Shown: one piece after another, positions 1 through 8,149 of the stretch
Position numbering within the stretch: the stretch's first letter is position 1
Layout: the number at the start of each line of letters is the position of its first letter
NCBI GenBank assembly: GCA_963807055.1
Contig: CAWEAE010000005.1
Span: 101,311-165,310, forward strand
Origin: Terriglobia bacterium
Lineage (GTDB): Bacteria; Acidobacteriota; Terriglobia; Terriglobales; Acidobacteriaceae
Reading direction: 5' to 3'
Length of the DNA stretch: 64,000 nucleotides
The notes under the pieces: generated by a model
Seen by the model: the letters and a program-made list of their open reading frames with translations, nothing else
What the model was told of the DNA's origin: nothing
Databases searched by the model: none
Program-made: the position numbers and the translations under genes

Positions 1-1455
<1,455 letters not shown>

Positions 1456-1468
1456 GGTGGGACCTCGA

Positions 1469-1831
1469 TCAGGTTCGGCGTCCGGCGCGCATGAAGTTGC
1501 TCAGGGCGAAGTATCCGAAGAGCAAAGCGAATCCTGCAACAAGGATCACGCGTCCCGGCCCAACTTTCCCTGCCGCATAACTGCGGTACTCGCGTAAACA
1601 GGCGAGTGCGCCAAGAGTTGCAAACGCCAGAAAGAATACACCTGTAACCTGATGCCAGAGAGCCGAAAGAACGTGCGCGAGCGAGTGAAAGATGGAACTC
1701 GCGCCCCGGTAGGTGGCCCGGAGCCAGCGATTGCTATTCGCCTTCTCGCCAGCCATGCGTCCGACAACACGGGCAACGGCGGCACTTTTGCGGACTCCAG
1801 ACGTTTCCGGCACAACTTGTGATTGTAACAA
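1469..1831 (-). CDS. small hydrophobic membrane protein, unknown function (start uncertain; an internal Met at 1756 is possible)
   Basis: 120-aa ORF with two hydrophobic helices ([31 protein letters not shown]). Its stop is 14 nt upstream of the mutase start on the same strand. Confidence 0.5.
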   Translation of the reverse strand: MLQSQVVPETSGVRKSAAVARVVGRMAGEKANSNRWLRATYRGASSIFHSLAHVLSALWHQVTGVFFLAFATLGALACLREYRSYAAGKVGPGRVILVAGFALLFGYFALSNFMRAGRRT

Positions 1832-1932
1832 GCCTGCAGGAACTAAACCGGAGTCGAATCCGGCGCATCCAACGAATTGGGTACGCAGTTTCGCCGGGCA
1901 ACCACCTGGCGGCCCACACCCCAGGGGGCGAA

Positions 1933-2214
1933 GTGAATCCGAAACTCAAGCACCTGATGAAGGAACTCGGCGAGGCGATCAACGATTCCCTCTCTGAATC
2001 GGAGGAAATTGCCGAGGTAATCTCCAAGATTAAAGCAGGCGGTTATGACGTTTTCCTGGTGCTCGAAGCCACGATCGGCTTTAACAAGCAAGAACAGGAA
2101 GAGGAAGCGACCGAGAGCGCAGGACGCCATTCGAGCCATACTGATTTCAAAGTCACCAGCCAGGACATGAAGTTCCTGAAGTCGTTGCGGATCACGCTGG
2201 ATGATGCTGCCTGA
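1933..2214 (+). CDS. small acidic hypothetical protein
   Basis: ORF 1819..2214. The region after the GTG at 1933 looks most coding-like (VNPKLKHLMKELGEAINDSLSESEEIAEVISKIKAGGYDVFLVLEATIGF...). AGGGGG lies 4 nt upstream of that GTG. No family recognised. Confidence 0.4.
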   Translation: MNPKLKHLMKELGEAINDSLSESEEIAEVISKIKAGGYDVFLVLEATIGFNKQEQEEEATESAGRHSSHTDFKVTSQDMKFLKSLRITLDDAA

Positions 2215-2396
2215 GTGCTGCTCTTGGCGCGGCAAGTGTCGACAACTGTTTTCCTTGTGCTAACATCATGCGGCTTAAGGTAGTTGTCTGAAGTTGGCTG
2301 TGGACAATCCGGCCCTGGTGGCGGGCTGACAACTGAACCGGTTCTTCTTTTCGGTTTATGTAGCAAAGTTTTTCAAATCGGTATTCCGGAAAAGGC

Positions 2397-3647
2397 ATGA
2401 AGGACACGTTAGGAGTCTTGCTGGCCGGAGGAGCGGGGGAAAGGTTGTACCCCCTTACTCGTGATCGCGCCAAACCGGCAGTCACGTTCGGCGGAATCTA
2501 TCGCATCATCGACATCACGCTTTCCAATTGCATTAATTCCGATCTTCGCCGCGTTTACATCCTTACCCAGTACAAAGCTCTCTCGCTCAATCGTCACATT
2601 CGCGAAGGCTGGAACATAGTGGCTCGCGAGTTGGGCGAGTTCGTCGAGATTCTGCCGCCCATGAAGCGCGTCAGCGAAAACTGGTACATGGGAACCGCGG
2701 ATGCCGTCTACCAGAACATCTACTCGATCGGAGCAGAGCAGCCGAAGCACGTCCTGATTCTCTCGGGCGATCACATCTACAAAATGAACTACGGGCTGAT
2801 GCTCGATCAGCACCGAGCCTCGGGCGCCGACGTCACTCTGGCGACTATTCTGATCGAGCCCGAAGAGTCGTTCCGTTTCGGAGTCGTCGAAATCGATCGC
2901 GGCGGCCGCGTTACTGGGTTCGAGGAGAAGCCGAAGGTCACTGAGCTGCGCTCACCCTACAACCCGCGCATGGTCTCGGGCTCGATGGGCATTTACCTCT
3001 TCAACACCGACGTGCTCATCCCCGTGCTGCTCAAAGATGCAGAGGATCCAAACTCCAGCCACGATTTTGGGCACGACATCCTGCCTAAGATGGTGGACGA
3101 CTACAAGATCTATTCCTTCAATTTCATCGACGAAAACAAGAAGGAAGCGCTTTACTGGCGTGACGTTGGAACCCTCGAAGCCTATTACGAAGCGAATATG
3201 GACCTGGTTGCGGTCTCCCCGGTGTTCAATCTCTATGACAAGCATTGGCCGCTGCGTACTCATCAGCGCCAGTATCCTCCGGCAAAGTTTGTATTTTCCG
3301 AGCCGGGTCGCACTGGCAGCGGCGTCGATTCGATCGTCTCCGCCGGATCGATTGTCTCTGGTTCCATGGTGCGCAGCAGCGTTCTGTCGCCCGACGTGCG
3401 CGTGAACTCCTACGCCGATGTCGACTCCAGCATCGTCTTCAGCCACGTGAATATCGGACGCTACTGCCGTATCCGCCGTGCCATCATCGATCGCGATGTC
3501 CACATACCCGAGGGGACAGTAATTGGCTATGACACTGAGGTCGACAAGCAGCGGTACTTCGTCACCGAAACCGGCATCACCGTAGTGACCCGCGACTACT
3601 CGCTGTTTGAGAGTCCAGTCGCGGTGGACTATTTCAGTCCCGAATAG
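2397..3647 (+). CDS. glgC: glucose-1-phosphate adenylyltransferase
   Basis: N-terminus GVLLAGGAGERLYPLTRDRAKPAVTFGGIYRIIDITLSNCINS plus a C-terminal left-handed beta-helix region, as in classic GlgC. Confidence 0.93.
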   Translation: MKDTLGVLLAGGAGERLYPLTRDRAKPAVTFGGIYRIIDITLSNCINSDLRRVYILTQYKALSLNRHIREGWNIVARELGEFVEILPPMKRVSENWYMGTADAVYQNIYSIGAEQPKHVLILSGDHIYKMNYGLMLDQHRASGADVTLATILIEPEESFRFGVVEIDRGGRVTGFEEKPKVTELRSPYNPRMVSGSMGIYLFNTDVLIPVLLKDAEDPNSSHDFGHDILPKMVDDYKIYSFNFIDENKKEALYWRDVGTLEAYYEANMDLVAVSPVFNLYDKHWPLRTHQRQYPPAKFVFSEPGRTGSGVDSIVSAGSIVSGSMVRSSVLSPDVRVNSYADVDSSIVFSHVNIGRYCRIRRAIIDRDVHIPEGTVIGYDTEVDKQRYFVTETGITVVTRDYSLFESPVAVDYFSPE

Positions 3648-3656
3648 GGGCAGCGC

Positions 3657-4415
3657 ATGCCCCTCGTTCAGCTACATGTCACACCCCACACCATCGAGGT
3701 GCTGGTGGTGCTCACCGGCGCAACGCTGATCCGCTCCATCTTCGGATTTGGGGAAGCTCTCGTCGCCGTTCCTTTGCTCGCTCTCATCATGCCCATTGAG
3801 ACCGCAGCGCCTCTGGCGACTTTGGTCTCAATCACTGTGGCGGCTCTCGTGCTTGTGCAGGACTGGTCCGAAGTTCACGTGCGCAGCGCCGTGTGGCTGG
3901 TCCTTTCGACTCTGCTCGGTATCCCTCTGGGGCTGCTGCTTCTGACGAAGGTAGCGGAACCGATCGTGAAGGCGGTCCTCGGCTCGATTATCGTGGCGTT
4001 CTCCTTGTACTCGCTATTGAGCAAAAGATCTCGCACACTCGCAAATGACCGGCTGGCATGGCTATTCGGATTCAGCGCCGGAGTCCTGGGAGGAGCCTAC
4101 AGCATGAATGGTCCACCGCTCGCGATCTACGGTTCGCTACGCGGTTGGTCGCCGCAAAAGTTCCGCGCCACGCTACAGGGATACTTTCTTCCAGCGAGCC
4201 TGCTCGTGATGGTCGGCTATTGGTTGGCAGGCCTTTGGACTTCGACCGTCACTCGCTATTACTTGATATCCCTACCGGCTGTAATCGTGGCGGCGATTGC
4301 GGGAGGGGTCGTCAACCGGCGCGTGCACCCGCAGCGATTCCAGTTCCTCATCTACCTGGTTCTCGCTGTTGTCGGCCTGGTTTTGCTGGTGCAGTCTGTT
4401 CACTGGGCGCGATGA
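3657..4415 (+). CDS. TSUP (TauE/SafE) family anion-exporter-like membrane protein
   Basis: 252 aa with about 7-8 hydrophobic helices. The G-rich helices and overall layout are typical of the TauE/SafE family. It starts 10 nt after glgC. Confidence 0.8.
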   Translation: MPLVQLHVTPHTIEVLVVLTGATLIRSIFGFGEALVAVPLLALIMPIETAAPLATLVSITVAALVLVQDWSEVHVRSAVWLVLSTLLGIPLGLLLLTKVAEPIVKAVLGSIIVAFSLYSLLSKRSRTLANDRLAWLFGFSAGVLGGAYSMNGPPLAIYGSLRGWSPQKFRATLQGYFLPASLLVMVGYWLAGLWTSTVTRYYLISLPAVIVAAIAGGVVNRRVHPQRFQFLIYLVLAVVGLVLLVQSVHWAR

Positions 4416-4436
4416 ACTGCATCGATGCTTACTGAT

Positions 4437-4460
4437 CCCCGGGGGGGACCCCCTCCCCCC
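4437..4460. repeat. G/C homopolymer block CCCCGGGGGGGACCCCCTCCCCCC
   Basis: Read directly from the sequence. It has a G7 run flanked by C4, C5 and C6 runs, is self-complementary (GGGGGGG/CCCCC-CC), and sits 22 nt after the TSUP stop codon. Confidence 0.7.
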
Positions 4461-4503
4461 TTGTCCCGCATTCTAAAGTACTTACGGGCATGGGATAAGA
4501 CTT

Positions 4504-4555
4504 GTCCCGGCAAACAAAGGAGTTAGTCCCATCGTCCCGCATAACAAAGGAGTTA
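4504..4555 (+). repeat. two tandem copies (period 30) of a 22-nt unit GTCCCG(G)CA(A/T)AACAAAGGAGTTA
   Basis: GTCCCGGCAAACAAAGGAGTTA at 4504-4525 and GTCCCGCATAACAAAGGAGTTA at 4534-4555 match at 19 of 22 positions. A third partial TTGTCCCGCA lies at 4461. AGTTGTC AGTTGTC AG follows at 4568-4583. Confidence 0.7.
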
Positions 4556-4937
4556 ACTCAGTTGCTAGTTGTCAGTTGTCAGAAAAAGCAAAGTCAAAGA
4601 CGGTCCGAACTCACTGCTACCTCTATTGTGACAAATTCGAGGGGACCTACTAGACACTTTCGGGAGATTTATTTCTATCGTGGAATGATGTAGTTGGCGG
4701 GAAAACGCGGCTAAGAGGCTCTTGACAACATCTGCGTGGGGCCGTGGCGAATGAACAACCTCTCTGACATTGGAGTTGGCGATCCCACACTTCGCCAACA
4801 GCAGCGAAAGGATGGGTGCGACTGGGACATAAGAACCTTTGATTATATCGGGTGATCGGATTGTCAGAACATCGGGCCAACCAAAAGCGCCTGGTCGGCG
4901 CAGACGACGGAGCGTCCCACGATGTATCGTGGTGTTT

Positions 4938-5519
4938 ATGGACATCGAAAAGAATGCGGTGCTGCTGGTCATCGACGTACAAAAAGGAATGGACGATCCG
5001 CGATTGGGTCAGCGGAACAATCCCGGCGCGGAGAAGAATATCGAGCGCCTGCTGCAAGCTTGGCGCGCGAGCGGTCGGCCCATCATCCACGTGCGGCACG
5101 ATTCGACCAGCGCCAACTCACCGTTTCGGCCAGGCCAGCCCGGGAACGAGGTCAAACCGGAAGCGCAACCACTCCCCGGCGAAGCGGTGGTTCGGAAGTG
5201 CGTGAGCAGCGCTTTCATCGGTACAGACCTGGAACAGAGATTACGCGCGGCGCAGCAGAAGACCCTCGTAGTCGTGGGAATGATGGCGGAATACTGCGTC
5301 AACACTACGGCGCGCATGGCAGAAAACCTGGGATTCGATGTCCTCGTGGTAGCCGATGCAACCGCCGCCTGGGAGCACAAGAACTTCGATGGCAGTCGCC
5401 TGGGCGCCGACGAGGTCTATCGCGCCGTAATGGCGACGCTGCACGATGAGTTCGGACAAGTCGTTACGACAGACGCAGTGCTGGCAGCGACCCAGAGCAC
5501 TGTCGCCGTCGCTCCGTAG
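4938..5519 (+). CDS. isochorismatase-family (cysteine) hydrolase
   Basis: From the ATG at 4938 the protein reads MDIEKNAVLLVIDVQKGMDD...PIIHVRH...VVVGMMAEYCVNTTARMAENLGFDVLVVADA. This shows the catalytic D, K and C pattern of the isochorismatase superfamily. The upstream extension in the ORF track looks non-coding. Confidence 0.85.
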   Translation: MDIEKNAVLLVIDVQKGMDDPRLGQRNNPGAEKNIERLLQAWRASGRPIIHVRHDSTSANSPFRPGQPGNEVKPEAQPLPGEAVVRKCVSSAFIGTDLEQRLRAAQQKTLVVVGMMAEYCVNTTARMAENLGFDVLVVADATAAWEHKNFDGSRLGADEVYRAVMATLHDEFGQVVTTDAVLAATQSTVAVAP

Positions 5520-5597
5520 CGCATCGCCATCAATATTCCGCGAAGGCGTCGTCGGGATAGCAGTACAGCCAGCGTTCGCCCGGTTCGGCCCGACGCG

Positions 5598-5628
5598 ATG
5601 ACCGGATGCTTCGTCGCGTGCGGCGATA
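5598..5628 (+). repeat. partial copy of repeat family 2 (ATGACCGGAT..GCTTCGTCGCGTGCGGCG)
   Basis: Shares ATGACCGGAT with the copy at 11087 and GCTTC..GTCGCG(A/T)GCGGCG with the copy at 11982. Confidence 0.35.
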
Positions 5629-5645
5629 GGGTGGGCCACCCGCTA

Positions 5646-5684
5646 TTACCACTCCGTATCTCACCCTGAGATAGGGAGTGATAA
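5646..5684. repeat. 39-bp imperfect palindrome (copy X) TTACCACTCCGTATCTCA-CCC-TGAGATAGGGAGTGATAA
   Basis: The two 18-nt arms pair at 16 of 18 positions. It lies between the convergent isochorismatase-like gene and ORF 5727..6587, so it could also act as a bidirectional terminator-like hairpin. Confidence 0.7.
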
Positions 5685-5726
5685 GGCGATTTCACGCCAC
5701 TAATCATTATCAGGTGAGTCGTGACA

Positions 5727-6587
5727 TCAGAGTAAGCTCGATAGGGTGCGAATCTGAACCGAGTCAGCGGTCCCTTCAGCAGTTGCAAGGAACGTCAGCA
5801 ACGTTAGCTCCGCTCCGAGTTCTGCTGCGGCGTATGTCTTGTGATGTCCATCGATCAGAAACGATGGGAAACACCAATGTTCAGTGACCGGAGGCTTGGG
5901 TTGGACATTAAGAATCGCAGGGGATTTCGTATCGAGGAAGCCAATGCCGACTGCTGTTGGCAGTCCACCGTCGCGTAGCGTTTCTTTGTATTCCTCTAAC
6001 ACCTCTCGTTTTAACCAACCATGTGGGAACATCGGCACAACAAATTCAAACAATTGTGTCTTGCCGTCGATAGATTGTGATCCGGTGCGGTAGTACTCCG
6101 TGCGGGGATCGTACGGCAAACCCCAGAACGGTTCAACGCCCCAAAGGTCGACCTGTTCGTGACAGAAGTAGTCCTCAATGCTAGCGGGGAGTACAAGTTT
6201 CGGAACAACACGACAGAGCATTGCGATGTAATCTCCGGCTGGGAGATTCCTGGCAATGCTTTGGATCATCGTTTCGTCCAACGTGGTCAGCCCATTGTTG
6301 AGACTGTCAGCTACCTCGTCGAGCGAGATGCTTGCATTTGCGCCGCTTTTCCGCTCAAACCAGAACTGGCACGTATTGCAGGTGATGCCAAACTCATAGG
6401 CTCTCTTGTCATCTAGACGCAGATAACGAATTGCAATCGCACCTGACTGCTCCGTCTCGAATTGAAGCCGAGAGTCGGTGGAGTTCGTGGACACCTTCCG
6501 TTTTTCAATCAGTATGCTCATGTGTAACGTTTTAGCAGGTACTGCCAGCCACTTATCAGGATAACTGTTGCGAACGGACGTTATCAC
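5727..6587 (-). CDS. orphan hypothetical protein with a C-terminal ParB/sulfiredoxin-like DGHH(K) motif (start uncertain: GTG 6587 or ATG 6521)
   Basis: 286-aa ORF with coding-like composition. By eye the region is more AT-rich than its neighbours. The C-terminus FLIDGHHKTYAAAELGAELTLLTF resembles the hxxDGxHRxxAxxxxG core of ParB/Srx-fold domains. Nothing else was recognised. Confidence 0.6.
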   Translation of the reverse strand: MITSVRNSYPDKWLAVPAKTLHMSILIEKRKVSTNSTDSRLQFETEQSGAIAIRYLRLDDKRAYEFGITCNTCQFWFERKSGANASISLDEVADSLNNGLTTLDETMIQSIARNLPAGDYIAMLCRVVPKLVLPASIEDYFCHEQVDLWGVEPFWGLPYDPRTEYYRTGSQSIDGKTQLFEFVVPMFPHGWLKREVLEEYKETLRDGGLPTAVGIGFLDTKSPAILNVQPKPPVTEHWCFPSFLIDGHHKTYAAAELGAELTLLTFLATAEGTADSVQIRTLSSLL

Positions 6588-6620
6588 TCTGTATCTCAGC
6601 TTGAGATTGTGAGTGGTATA
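6581..6620. repeat. second, more degenerate copy (Y) of the palindromic element: TTATCACTCTGTATCTCA-GCT-TGAGATTGTGAGTGGTATA
   Basis: Aligns with copy X at about 31 of 39 positions in direct orientation. It overlaps the first codons of the annotated GTG start of ORF 5727..6587 and abuts the IS110-family element. Confidence 0.6.
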
Positions 6621-8105
6621 GGGATTAATGAGATGGTCCGCCGCCTAGATCAACGGCCGAGGTGGGATGATCTAGGAAACCCAACAATGGAGGATCATCG
6701 CATGGAAGTCGCGCTCATCGCTTCGATCGGTATTGATCTCGGCAAAACAACCTTTCATGTTGTTGCTCTCGATTGCCACGCCAAAGTGATTCTGCACAAG
6801 AAGTTCTCGCGTACGCAACTGCTGGCCTATACAGCGAATCTGCCGTGGTCAATCATCGGCATGGAAGCTTGCTCGGGTGCGCATTTCTTCGCGGCCAAGC
6901 TGCGCGATCAAGGACATGAGGTGAAGCTCATCCCGGGACAGTTCGTGAAGCCGTTCGTAAAGAGCAACAAAAACGACTTCAATGATGCGGAAGCGATTGC
7001 CGAAGCGGTAACACGTCAGAACATGCGTTTTGTTCCCATTAAGACGGACGATCAGCTCGATCTACAGGCGCTGCACCGGGTGCGCGACCGTCTCGTACAT
7101 CGGCGCACGGCGCTCATCAACCAGATTCGCGGATTCCTACTGGAGCGCGGCATTGCTTTCCGTAAAGGTCCAGCGAACCTGCGCAAACAAATGCCGACAA
7201 TCCTCGAGGATGCCGAACAGAACATCACGCCACGTCTGCGAAGGCTGCTAGCAAATATCTGGCAGGAATGGAAGCAACTCGAAGGCGACATCACCAATAT
7301 CAGTGAGGAGATCGAACACATCTCTGAAGAAGATCAGGGGTGCCGGCGCTTGCGCCAGATCCCCGGCGTCGGTCCACTGGTTTCTACTGCGATGGTAGCT
7401 GCCATCGGCAACGGAGCGGCTTTCCGCAAGGGACGCGACTTCGCTGCCTGGCTCGGCCTGGTGCCTCGCCAGCATTCCACCGGCGGTAAATCCAGGCTGT
7501 TCGGCATCAGCAAGCGCGGCAACACTTATTTGCGACGCATGTTCATCCACGGAGCGCGCGCGGTGCTGCTTCGGGTGAAGTACGATACCGGCGGCTTGGG
7601 TCAGTGGGTGCATCAGCTTGAAGCACGCACCGCACGCAACAAAGTGATCGTGGCTATCGCCAACAAACTGGCGCGCATTGCCTGGGCGGTGTTGTTCAAC
7701 CAACAGGATTACCGGGCCACAGTGACTGCTGCGGCTGCAGCCTAGAACTGAAGAGTTAGAGTTTTAGATCGCTCTCACCGAGTCTGCTGAGGAGAGAAAA
7801 ACAGGACGAACGAACAGTCAAACGGCGTGCTGGAAACCCTGCGTCGGGAAAAGGTTGAGATAACCGTCGGATTTATCAGGACCACACGCGCGGATCATCA
7901 TCGTGGCCCGGAGACAAAACTCCACTAAGAGGCCGGATACATTTACCCAGACTGTACTTCGCTCTGAACAAATCTCCCTTGCAGTCAGGCGGCGGACCAT
8001 ACATTCCCGACATCTATCCGCAAGAAGAAAGATTTCACTGCGTTGCCCGAAGCTGCTGCACAATGAATGTCCTCGTTTCGTCTATGTCCGTCGATGGCCC
8101 TGCGC
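6621..8105 (+). mobile_element. IS110-family insertion sequence (boundaries approximate, inferred only from flank comparison)
   Basis: Contains a single DEDD-type transposase gene, a 9-bp perfect inverted repeat CCTAGATCA(6644-6652)/TGATCTAGG(6668-6676) in the 5' leader, and about 360-400 bp of non-coding 3' sequence. A length of about 1.5 kb fits the family. Confidence 0.65.
6702..7745 (+). CDS. IS110-family transposase (DEDD N-terminal domain plus IS116/IS110/IS902-type C-terminal domain)
   Basis: IGIDLGKTTFHVVALD...IGMEACSGAHFFAAKLRDQGHEVKLIPGQFVKPFVKSNKNDFNDAEAIAEAVTRQNMRFVPIKT...LRQIPGVGPLVSTAMVAAIG...FAAWLGLVPRQHSTGGKSRLFGISKRGNTYLRRMF. The ATG at 6702 has GGAGGA 7 nt upstream. Confidence 0.92.
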   Translation: MEVALIASIGIDLGKTTFHVVALDCHAKVILHKKFSRTQLLAYTANLPWSIIGMEACSGAHFFAAKLRDQGHEVKLIPGQFVKPFVKSNKNDFNDAEAIAEAVTRQNMRFVPIKTDDQLDLQALHRVRDRLVHRRTALINQIRGFLLERGIAFRKGPANLRKQMPTILEDAEQNITPRLRRLLANIWQEWKQLEGDITNISEEIEHISEEDQGCRRLRQIPGVGPLVSTAMVAAIGNGAAFRKGRDFAAWLGLVPRQHSTGGKSRLFGISKRGNTYLRRMFIHGARAVLLRVKYDTGGLGQWVHQLEARTARNKVIVAIANKLARIAWAVLFNQQDYRATVTAAAAA

Positions 8106-8149
8106 GTGATTTTGCAGATAATCATGCAGCAACATCGTGACTCTTTGGG

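Noticed and set aside
4504-4555. Tandem 30-bp-period repeats, considered as a mini CRISPR array.
   Set aside because: There are only two full units and the spacers are about 8 nt. No repeat-spacer regularity or cas genes are present. It is not CRISPR-like.
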